Under the pieces are notes generated by a model. The model saw nothing but the letters and a program-made list of their open reading frames with translations. It did no database searches and had not been told where the DNA came from. 64,000 nt of DNA, from contig NW_024704763.1 of NCBI RefSeq assembly GCF_018977255.1, positions 6,882,001 through 6,946,000 on the forward strand, written 5' to 3'. The DNA comes from Callorhinchus milii (lineage: Eukaryota). This document shows positions 13,706 to 23,908 of the stretch, in pieces; within the stretch, counting starts at the first letter, position 1, and every line of letters starts with the position of its first letter. A program made the translations under genes and the position numbers.

Positions 13706-13729
13706 GTGTTTTGCCCATGAGATATGCAG

Positions 13730-13835
13730 GATATGCAGTCAATTCACTTAACAGTGTATTCTGTGAAGCGCATTGAGGCGTCTCAACGATGTGTTATTTA
13801 AATGCAAGGATTATTATTAGTAGTAGTAGTATTAT
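13730..13835 (+). mobile_element. Young SINE 3' tail
   Basis: cagtcaattcacttaacagt...gtgaagcgcattgaggcgtctc...aaatgcaaggattattatt. Confidence 0.75.
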
Positions 13836-14189
13836 GCTTCGCTTCCACGAATACCATTGATGAGTTTGGAGACTAAGCTACAAGAAGGGATTGAACAAGT
13901 TAACAATGTGGGGAGAAACTGAATCTTAAAATAAAGTGTAATTTATTTTAAAGTGGAAGAGATAGAATCAGCATAGGCCCAATGGGCTCAAATGAGTCAA
14001 TGTTACAAGATAAATTCCTCTTCATTATCTCTCTGGGATACAAGCATTCAAGCACTACTGAAATCCAGTGTGCACTAGTGGATGGGATAACTAAAAGTGT
14101 ATCCTGAAGCACTATCAGCTGGGGAGAATCTGCAACTAATGTGGCCACATCTGAGAGTGGTTCCAAATCAGCATGCACAACAACACTAA

Positions 14190-14685
14190 ATGGAGAAATT
14201 TGCACATGGTGATATCCCACAAACAGCTATGAAGAGAATGATCAGTTTATCTGGAGCAATGCCAGCCATGACACTGGGAAAAACTCCCTCCTTTTCAAAT
14301 AGTGCAATGGCATCATTACCACCCACCTGAAAAGGCAAGACAGGACTTCAGTTTAATGTCTCATCTGAAGCATGAAGGACAATGCAGTTGTTTTCGAATA
14401 GAGACCTGGGATAATAATAATAATCCTTGCATGTGATATAGCTCCTTATCATGTCCTCAAGGCGTCTCAAAGCGCTTCACAGAATATACTGTAAAGTGAA
14501 TTTGACTGCATATTTTGTGGGCGAAATAAGCAGGACCTCAGTTTATCATCCTATCTGAAGGATGCAATGCAGTGCATCCCTCAGCATTGCTCTTGAGTGT
14601 CAACCTGGCCAATGAGCCCAAAATCCCAATACCTGGTGTTTCAAACCACAACCTTCTAACTCAGAAACAAAAGTGCTACCAAGTG
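14190..14685 (-). mobile_element. DeuSINE-like element, interrupted
   Basis: caaatagtgcaatgg...cacctgaa...gtttaatgtctcatctgaag, with head aaccttctaactcaga...gtgctaccaa. Confidence 0.75.
14411..14527 (-). mobile_element. Young SINE 3' tail inside a DeuSINE
   Basis: (aat)n-ccttgcatgtgatatagc...gtctcaaagcgcttcacagaatatactgtaaagtg. Confidence 0.8.
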
Positions 14686-15005
14686 AATTTTAAGAGGGAG
14701 TTTGATATAACAGTCATTTATCAGATGCATTTTGGACCAGCCTGAGATTTGTTCAGCAGATATCCCATCCTAGAGAAGCATATGTAAGGAATACAATACA
14801 AAATTACATTTGTAAAGCAGCTTTCAAGTTGGGGGGACATCTCAAGGCTCTGAATAACCAGCATTTACTGTGTTATTCCAAACCCGAGGGCCACCCTGGT
14901 CAAAACCATGAAACTCAATGGAAATGCCCAAACAAGCACGGTGTTTCTTTCTACCAGTGCCATCATTGGATTGACCTATGTCAGGAAGAGGTGGACCCCA
15001 TGTCA

Positions 15006-15175
15006 TAATAATAATAATCCTTGCATTTCCATTATCATGTTGTTGAGGTGTCTCAAAGTGCTTCACAGAATATATTGTAAAGTGAATTGACTGTACATTT
15101 TGTGGGTGAAACATGTCAGCCAATTGTGCACAGCAGTGTCCCACAAACAGTCATGAATTGAGTCACCAAATTCTT
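15006..15175 (-). mobile_element. Young SINE 3' fragment
   Basis: (aat)n-ccttgcattt...gtctcaaagtgcttcacagaatatattgtaaagtgaattgactg. Confidence 0.8.
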
Positions 15176-15469
15176 TTTTGTATATATATATAGAGAAACA
15201 AAGATTCTTACCTACAATACAGATGACATCTATAATCCAGGTGGAGTACTTTGAACAGAAAGTGCTCCCTCTGGACTGTTCTTTATCTGTAATATTTTTT
15301 ATGTAAAAGTATTGATTCTCCAATAACACTGGCAAGTTCAGATGGGAAGGTGATGAAATGGAGCAGTGTGCAAGTCAGATAGAAGCATATTTTTGTGATA
15401 ACAAATATATGTCAAGTCCCAGTTTGATTTCACTTTAGTTATAGTGTTCTCACCCCAATGGTGAGCATT

Positions 15470-15929
15470 TAACTATAAAAATCAATAACCTCTCCAAGCT
15501 CTGTGAAGTGTAGTGACTGTGTATTTGTGGGTGAACATGGCAGTTAGTTTGAGCACTCAAAATCCCACAATAGCATTGAAGGCAATTGCAAATCTTATCT
15601 GGAGGATTGTTAGCCAGGACAAAGGGAGAAATTCTCTTTCTTTTTGAATATTGCCATGGGATCTTTAGAATCCGCACAAGGCCTTATAATAATCCTCATA
15701 ATAATCCCTTCAAAAATACAATAAAATTAAATAAAAAATAATTTGGTCACTCAATCCATGACTGCTTGTGGGACACTGCTGTGCGCAATTGGCTGTCGCG
15801 TTTCGCCCACAAATATACAATCAATTCACTTTACAGTATCTTAAGCGCTTTGAGACAATAACAGCAAATTACATTTGTATAGCTAGCGCCGTCTCGAAGA
15901 TGTGATAAGAAGCTATATCAAATGCAAGG

Positions 15930-15961
<32 letters not shown>

Positions 15962-16125
15962 CTTAACATATCCAAAAGACTACATCTGTAACAGTGTAGC
16001 TTCCACCCCCACCACCCCATCCCCACCAGATTATCAGTCTTGACGATGAGCCCAGAATCCTGTCATGGGGTTTGAACCCACAATCTTCTGATCTAGAGGT
16101 GAGGGTGCTACCAACAGGATGACAC
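15470..16125 (-). mobile_element. DeuSINE-like element split by a young SINE
   Basis: Tail and Deu part at 15470-15675, head at 15960-16125 (ggtttgaacccacaatcttctgatctagaggtgagggtgctacc). Confidence 0.75.
15680..15960 (+). mobile_element. 5'-truncated young SINE inside a minus-strand DeuSINE
   Basis: aatttggtcactcaatccatgactgcttgtgggacactgctgtgcgcaattggctg...caaatgcaagg(att)n. Confidence 0.85.
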
Positions 16126-17789
16126 CAATTGACAGCCAACAAAAGGTTGGTCAATGTGGATGCTGTACAGCAGTGAATCCCATGGTGCTCAAATTTGTAA
16201 ATCAGATTCAAATTTGATCATTAGTCTGATTGTTTGTGTGGATTCTGCTGGTGCAGTCTATCTGCTGTGCTCAGTCACAACGATAGCCGTCACTCGCATT
16301 TTAAAGTAACTCATTGTGTGAGACGCTATGACTTGATCAGGCACGAGCATTAACTGGCGAGTGATGAAATGGCACGATTTCATTCTGTGATCATCCTGTG
16401 TGTAAAAACTCACTAGATGTAAAGCGCAAATTAACATCACTCCACATTCGCGTAGACACACACGATTTCCCCCAGTGGACTGTGGGTGGTTAGGAGATAG
16501 ATAGCTTCTTCCCACCACAACAACTTGCATTTCACATGTTCGGCTTAATAAACAGATCACTGTGTTTGTGATAAGATTCAGAAATGTTTGTAAACACTAT
16601 GGAGAGTTCAAAACAAGTCACTCTAAGTTCCATAACTTGTTTAAGTTTTTTTAAAAAATATTATTGGTCCGACACAGAGCAAACTCTCTGTAGCACGTTT
16701 CCTTATTTCGCTTTATTCGTTGCTTTGTGTCGTGGAGTGTCTATCTAATATGTGAGGTTTGCTAACCAGTGATGAACAAAGGTGTACAGAGGGAATAACA
16801 GGTGCCCTGAATTATGCAATTATCCACCAATAAAACTGTTATTGAATCACCTGTGATCCTTTCCATTAGCTAATTAAGTAACATGCACATATCGAGTTCC
16901 CTCTGTACATGTGTGTCTGAACATGATAGCACAGCTCGCCAAATTCGACCCCATTGCGTCAAAGGTATAAGCATTGATGTCTTGACTGCCGGTAAGTTCC
17001 ACCTGTTTCAGGTGTGAAGCAGGAAATTCTTTTAGCACCTTTTAGGTGCCAAGTGCTTCTTATTCTTTCTCTCTCCTCTCTCCGAGAATGATTCATTTCC
17101 CTGTAAATAGGAAGAGGTGCTTCACCTGCTCTGCACGTCATTGATAAATTGTGAGCAAGTGTTGGGAAGACGAGATATGGAGACATTAGTTTCTGAAAGG
17201 TTTTGAGAAGATACACAGCAAACGTTTCTCCCCCCTCCTCACCTCCCAGTTTGTAAATCAGTAACATGAACATGAGGGACATTTACAGGAAGAGTTAAGG
17301 GGAAGATTGAAAGAAAAGACTTCATGAAGAGGGTCCAATAGAACACGGGACGCTCTGTTATAAATGGTTAATGTAGCTCAAATCGCAGTAGTTAAAGGGG
17401 AATTGGATAAATGTGAGGAGGAATGAAATAAAAGCTTTTTGGGGAGAAACAAATAGGGAATTGGGATTAGAGTAGTTGGCAACAGTGAAGGAGCATTAGG
17501 CTCCAAGGGCCAAATTGTTATTGATATAATTCCAAATAAGAAATCTGCCATTACAAGGCATGTGATGGTACAAGACAGAACAGCTTCACAGCTTTTGGAT
17601 GATTGAGGTCTTGTGATATCCAAAAGCAAAACTACCTGTACTTCAGAAGTAATCAGTCTAACAATTCCAAGATATTGGTAAACTGGGATCTTGATGGTTT
17701 AGATTATTGGAAGCCAACTGCTTTGCAAAAACCTGATCATTAAAATCATCTGAATTGAGCTTGGGCTCTGCAGTTTAATAATAACAAAT

Positions 17790-18020
17790 GATGATAATAA
17801 TGCCTGCATTTAATATTGTGCCTTTCATATTGAGTGGATGACTCAAAGTCCTTCATGGGATTTTACTGCAAAGTGGAGTGACTGTATGCTTTGTAGGCAA
17901 ACGTCGCAGCCAATTTTACGCACAACAATCTCCGACAAACAGCCATTAAGTGAATAAGCAATTTTATTTGAGGATTGTTGGCAAGGACACTGGGAGAAAC
18001 TTCTTCTCTTTCTCTCCATG
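17790..18020 (-). mobile_element. DeuSINE 3' half
   Basis: gtaggcaaacgtcgcagccaattt...acaaacagccat...ggacactgggagaa. Confidence 0.7.
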
Positions 18021-18745
18021 ATTTTTTGTGGCTCATAAAATTCTAAATGTAAATAAAGTTGAGCAGTTATTTAGTTACTTTAGTAAGTGTTGCATGGAGC
18101 GAATTCCCGAGAGTAGACAAGTCTCTTATAAAAAGTTATGTATAACTTTTGACTTGTAACTGCGTAGTAAAGCAATGAAACCAGCATTCTTGACTGTGGG
18201 GACCAGAGAAAATACGTGTGTGTGTGTGCGAGAGAGAGAGTGAGTTTAAAATAGCAATATCACAAATTCAATCCATATATATCCTAAAATCTCAAAACAT
18301 GTACATCCTCTGCATGGTATTTTTTTTTGCTAATCACCTGGTGGGAGATTGAGTAGGAATTGGGTTTGTCAAAAAATATATCTTTTCGCACTTTGGAGAA
18401 GAATAACCTTTAAATTGTTTTTGAGCGCTACAACTCAGTCTAAGTGAGTTGTGGTTGTAGTCCTTTAGTGGGTGGGTGGGGAAGCGTATAAAAAGAAACA
18501 CATTGTTGAGCAGAAAAATGCAAGATTCCAGCAAGCACATGGTTCCATTTGATCTGGGTGGGTGTGTGCGATGCTTTTACTTTCTCTCTGTCTGTAATGC
18601 TTTTATTTTCTCTCTCTGTCTGTCTTTCTGTTTATGTGTCTCTCTACTTTTTTTATGGGGGGGGGTGTTTGAATTCTACAACAGTCCTGGAGTTGCAAAG
18701 AGAGTTGATGTGTGTGTGAGAGAGAGGGAGGCAGGAGGCAATTTG

Positions 18746-19490
18746 TGCAGTCCTGTAGCTCAGTGGTTGGAACACTCGCCCCGCAAGTGAGAGACCTGGG
18801 TTTGATTCCCGGCAGGGCGAAACCTTGGGCAAGTTTCCTCACTCCGCACAGCCTGATAATAATCCCTCGAGGGGGGGAAAAACAGAAATAAAACAAAATG
18901 ACAATTTGGTCGCTCGATCCACGACTGTTTGTGGGACGCCGCTCTGCGCAGCTGGCTGCCGTGTTTTGCCCCACAAAATATACGGGCAATTCACTTGATG
19001 GTATATCATGCGAAGCGCTTTGAGACGTCTCGAAGGCGTGAGAACAACAACAACAACAGCAAAATCACATTTGTATAGCACCTTTCAGGTTGGGAGGACA
19101 TCTCAAGCTGCTGGACAGAAAGAGTTTCGGACTCAAGTTTGGAGGGGGGTGGGAGGTAGGTGGTGGGTGGGTGGTGGGATGAGTCGGGATCAGGGAGGGG
19201 GAAGCGGGGTGTTCGAAAGCACGGTCGAAGAGGAGCGGGTTCCTCGAGATGGTTGTTGAAGGAGCTTAGGGAGGGAGGGAGGGAGGGAGGCGGGAGGGAC
19301 TGCGGGACGGAGTTCCAGAGGGCGGTGGTTGGCGTGGGTGGGCCGAGTGGCAGAAGAGATCGCCCGGCAATGGTGGGGCGAAGCGAGCGAGCGTGGGTGG
19401 GAGCGAGCGGGCGAGCGAGCGAGGAGGTGGCGGGGCGGGCGCCGTAAGATAAGGCTCTGTATCAAATGCAAGGATTGTGATGCTCGTTAT
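18746..19490 (+). mobile_element. tRNA-derived SINE (young family with L2-type (ATT)n tail), internally deleted, L2 inserted in its tail
   Basis: Pol III A box TAGCTCAGTGG (18756-18766), B box GGTTTGATTCC (18799-18809), and tail aagcgctttgagacgtctcgaag...gataaggc...atcaaatgcaaggatt. Confidence 0.88.
19042..19447 (-). mobile_element. L2 3' fragment nested in a SINE tail
   Basis: (AAC)n-aaatcacatttgtatagcacctttc tail followed by ggagttccagag...caatggtgggg, homologous to 59057-59350. Confidence 0.85.
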
Positions 19491-19711
19491 TAGGGAATAT
19501 ATATATATAGTGTGTGTGTGTGTGTGAATGTGGCTNNNNNNNNNNNNNNNNNNNNNNNNNNNNNNNNNNNNNNNNNNNNNNNNNNNNNNNNNNNNNNNNN
19601 NNNNNNNNNNNNNNNNNNNNNNNNNNNNNNNNNNNNNNNNNNNNNNNNNNNNNNNNNNNNNNNNNNNNNNNNNNNNNNNNNNNNNNNNNCCCTCCCTCTC
19701 TCCTCTCTCTC

Positions 19712-19746
<35 letters not shown>

Positions 19747-19793
19747 GATGTGGCTGTGAATTCAGCCACATTTGTTTAGCACCAACCAGGCAA

Positions 19794-19840
19794 CCCTGAC
19801 GTCAGGGCTCGCACAACCTGCCAGTTAAAGAGGCTGACGT
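19794..19840. promoter_or_regulatory. Proximal promoter CRE (CREB/ATF) sites
   Basis: A 14-bp perfect palindrome CCCTGACGTCAGGG (19794-19807) and a second TGACGT at 19835-19840, a nominal 200-250 nt upstream of the ATG. Confidence 0.6.
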
Positions 19841-20046
19841 GNNNNNNNNNNNNNNNNNNNNNNNNNNNNNNNNNNNNNNNNNNNNNNNNNNNNNNNNNNN
19901 NNNNNNNNNNNNNNNNNNNNNNNNNNNNNNNNNNNNNNNNNNNNNNNNNNNNNNNNNNNNNNNNNNNNNNNNNNNNNNNNNNNNNNNNNNNNNNNNNNNN
20001 NNNNNNNNNNNNNNNNNNNNNNNNNNNNNNNNNNNNNNNNNNNNNG

Positions 20047-20296
20047 ATGGCCACGGTACCCAACGGAGGGCAACAGCAGCATCAGGACAACACCAATAAC
20101 AACAACAGCGCCCGAATGAACGGACTGAGCCACAGCCAGAACACCATCCCCATGAAGGACCACGACGCCATCAAACTCTTCATCGGCCAAATCCCCCGCA
20201 ACCTGGAGGAGAAGGATCTAAAGCCCCTGTTCGAGGAATTTGGTAAAATCTACGAGCTGACGGTGCTGAAGGACCGCTTCACCGGAATGCATAAAG
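20047..20296 (+). CDS. CELF4/CELF6-type CUGBP Elav-like RNA-binding protein, first coding exon (N-terminus and first part of RRM1)
   Basis: Translates to MATVPNGG...[62 protein letters not shown]. This is the RRM1 start of the CELF3-6 subfamily (RNP2 LFIGQI). It ends AAAG|GT in phase 1 before an N gap. The true start could be slightly upstream in the gap. The paralog (CELF4 or CELF6) is not resolved. Confidence 0.95.
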
Positions 20297-21405
20297 GTNN
20301 NNNNNNNNNNNNNNNNNNNNNNNNNNNNNNNNNNNNNNNNNNNNNNNNNNNNNNNNNNNNNNNNNNNNNNNNNNNNNNNNNNNNNNNNNNNNNNNNNNNN
20401 NNNNNNNNNNNNNNNNNNNNNNNNNNNNNNNNNNNNNNNNNNNNNNNNNNNNNNNNNNNNNNNNNNNNNNNNNNNNNNNNNNNNNNNNNNNNNNNNNNNN
20501 NNNNNNNNNNNNNNNNNNNNNNNNNNNNNNNNNNNNNNNNNNNNNNNNNNNNNNNNNNNNNNNNNNNNNNNNNNNNNNNNNNNNNNNNNNNNNNNNNNNN
20601 NNNNNNNNNNNNNNNNNNNNNNNNNNNNNNNNNNNNNNNNNNNNNNNNNNNNNNNNNNNNNNNNNNNNNNNNNNNNNNNNNNNNNNNNNNNNNNNNNNNN
20701 NNNNNNNNNNNNNNNNNNNNNNNNNNNNNNNNNNNNNNNNNNNNNNNNNNNNNNNNNNNNNNNNNNNNNNNNNNNNNNNNNNNNNNNNNNNNNNNNNNNN
20801 NNNNNNNNNNNNNNNNNNNNNNNNNNNNNNNNNNNNNNNNNNNNNNNNNNNNNNNNNNNNNNNNNNNNNNNNNNNNNNNNNNNNNNNNNNNNNNNNNNNN
20901 NNNNNNNNNNNNNNNNNNNNNNNNNNNNNNNNNNNNNNNNNNNNNNNNNNNNNNNNNNNNNNNNNNNNNNNNNNNNNNNNNNNNNNNNNNNNNNNNNNNN
21001 NNNNNNNNNNNNNNNNNNNNNNNNNNNNNNNNNNNNNNNNNNNNNNNNNNNNNNNNNNNNNNNNNNNNNNNNNNNNNNNNNNNNNNNNNNNNNNNNNNNN
21101 NNNNNNNNNNNNNNNNNNNNNNNNNNNNNNNNNNNNNNNNNNNNNNNNNNNNNNNNTTCATGTGTAAAAGAAGATGATCCGAGTCATTATCTCTCTCTCT
21201 CTTATCTCTCTATCTATATTTGTCCACCTTTCTCTGTCTCTCTATCTCTCTCTCTCTCCTACACCCCCCCCCCTCCCCCCCCCCCCCCCCCCCCCACACC
21301 ACCCACAGACACACACACACTCCTTTGCTTTTCCTTTCATTTCCTTTCCTTTCCATGTTTCATGGATTATTTTTAGTTCCTTCCTCCCTTCTTTCCTATT
21401 CTCCC

Positions 21406-21446
<41 letters not shown>

Positions 21447-23825
21447 CTCCCTTCCTTTCCTTTCCTTTCCTTTCCACACACTCAGGATGTGATGGATTAT
21501 TTTAAACCAGGAGAGGTTCTGATTCTGAGCCACTTGTGTTTCTCTTCTGACACTCTTTCTGTGTGTGTGTGTGTGTGTGTATCTGTTTCACAAACCCCTT
21601 CTCATTAAAGTTTTCCTGAAATGTTCCATGGATTCGCAAGATGTTTATTTATTCATATATATATATCATATATATATATATATAAAATATCACAAAAAAA
21701 GAGAGTTGCGAGAGAATAAAAACACCCCATCTGGGCTTTGCACAGGGAGCTGATAAAAAAAAGATTGTCGGTTTTCTCTCAGTTAAAATATGAACAAGTG
21801 TTTTCCTCCCACCCCCCCCCTTCCCCTTTTTTTTAATGAGATCTCTTCTGGTGAAAAGCTTACATACAGTCGCTCCAGCAATTGGAGATGTCAAAAGTTT
21901 TTTTTTTGGAGGGGCCCCATTTCTCAGACTGATATTGATCATATTTCCCCCTCCCACCTTCTCCCTCTCCCCACATCTTATTCTGTTCATCACCGGATTT
22001 TAATGATGATTTTCAAAAGGCATTGCGATCAATGTATTTACAACTGATCTGGTGGGTTATTTGAGGGAAGATGAATAAGGCTGATAAACATGAATTAAAA
22101 GTACATTAGTGTCAATTTCAGTCATTAGGACATGATAAAGTTTGGTGAAATACACAACGTCCCAGGTAATGCATTGCAGCTAATGATGCTGATTAATGGT
22201 GTGAGGATTGTCAGTGCTGCCTGTCAGTTTGATGTGATCATGATGATCTATCTATTCACCCCATTTCACGATGCATTGTATCGTGTGTGTGTATATATAT
22301 ATATTTTTTGAATACTGTTGAGCGCCTACTCTTTTTATTAACAACAGTGAGCTTTGCACGGTTGCAACCTTCTGCTGTGGAGCCGAATGGTTTTAATCTG
22401 TGTGGCATATTATTCCTACCAGCGTGGGTCTGATTCATTTGTGTAGTTCAGTGATGGAACAGTATTGACCCCTAAAGTTAGTTGAATCATTTGGCCCAGG
22501 ATTGAAGCCTGAAATCAAACATTAACGTGTCTCTAGATTTCTTCTTGTGTGTGTGTGTTTGTTTTTACTGATCTGTCTTGATAGCATTTTTAACTGCAGT
22601 TGTTCAGCTTATTATTTTTTTAAAATTTAAATTTGCTTCTGATTTTTCTGACTATGTGCAAAGATCCCATTTGCACGATCACGACAGACAGTGAGAATAT
22701 TGTCAATGATGCGATCACTTGCATTGCCCAGTACTGGTTTCTGTTAATTTGTTTGTTGAATATAGATCTTAATGTAAATTCGCTCTCCTCCATTAGCTTT
22801 TGGAGTTCATATAACCAGAGCTGTCAACAACTTTGGCATGGACAATAAGCTTAATGCATACCCTTTTATAGTCAAATCTTATTAACACAGGTTCTGATAA
22901 GGCACATGCCTAACTGGAAATCAGTTGCTTTGTTCCCTATCAATGTAAATCTAAAAGAAAGGATGCTGGACATCAAGCATCCATGATGAGAGCTGTAAGT
23001 ATTGACATCTGTTGCCATACATGTTAATACGATTTGACTTATACCTGAACTTTGAGAGTTATATTAAAAAAAAGCTGCATGAGCCTTTGCACATTATCAG
23101 CCTGTCTGCAGCATCGTAGCAGTTTGCCTTACTTTGTACATGTGTGTGTGTGTGTGTGTGTTTGTTACAATTAAAATGTACTTTATGGATGTGTGTTGCT
23201 GCATACTTAATGTGATTTTTTTTATTATTCATAACTGTTTTTTCCTAATTGTGCAACTTGAATGTTGCTGCTATTTGGAGAGGGATGCTGCACATATGAG
23301 GCAGTTATAGGCAGTAAGGAATGCATACTGAATCTGTGCACAGAATCCAAAGAGTTGCTCACAAACCAGGTCTACGCTTCAGCCAATGCTATTGCCCATA
23401 ACTCAAAACAGTTAAGATAAACGTATGCTTATCTGAGTAAATACAGCTCCGTTCCACTTTCTTCTGCGCCACAACTGATATGCACCAATTTAAGTTTCAA
23501 TTGACCATTGTAACGGGGATGTTGTTGGCATAGATTGTACACTGGATATTTTTTAAAAAGGAAAAAAACAACAAAAAAATGCACTTGCATCTAAGCTTGT
23601 TTATTATGTTATCACTGTTTGGCTGCTTAATCCAAGTGTAGGGCTGATTTAATTAGGAGTGCTTTGAGATAAATAAAACTGGTTGCTTGAGAAAGGTAAG
23701 GTGGCTTTGCGGGAAGGTGAGCGAAAGAGGCCAGGGCTTCGTGCATATCTGCGGCACTTATTGAAATGAAGGTAAAACCACTTAACATTTGCAGTTTAGA
23801 TTAATTTGCTTGGTTTCTGATATAG
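20297..23825 (+). other. Intron 1 of the CELF gene (~3.5 kb, includes an N gap)
   Basis: GT...AG between two phase-compatible exons. Confidence 0.88.
21190..21480 (+). repeat. (CT)n, poly-C and (CA)n low-complexity block
   Basis: Read directly from the sequence. Confidence 0.9.
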
Positions 23826-23908
23826 GTTGTGCCTTCCTCACATACTGTGCTAGAGATTCAGCTCTAAAGGCTCAAAGTGCTTTGCACGAGCAGAAGACAT
23901 TGCCTGGG
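23826..23908 (+). CDS. CELF4/CELF6-type gene, coding exon 2 (RRM1 RNP1 region)
   Basis: Acceptor is tttctgatatag|GT TGT GCC and donor is CCT GGG|gtaagt. The 83-nt exon encodes (G)[27 protein letters not shown]. Its phase-1 start joins exon 1 in frame to give the RNP1 KGCAFLTY. Confidence 0.96.

Larger units (their letters stand above)
19536..21156. other. Three assembly gaps (19536-19689, 19842-20045, 20299-21156) around the promoter and exon 1
   Basis: Runs of N in the sequence. Confidence 0.99.

Noticed and set aside
18746-18820. tRNA-like sequence with A and B boxes
   Set aside because: It is a SINE head that continues into SINE body and tail, with no proper acceptor stem. The same applies to the gtcagcctggctcag heads.
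20299-21177. 376-aa ORF and other X-filled ORFs spanning the gaps
   Set aside because: Artefacts of translating through N runs. Only 20047-20296 is coding.
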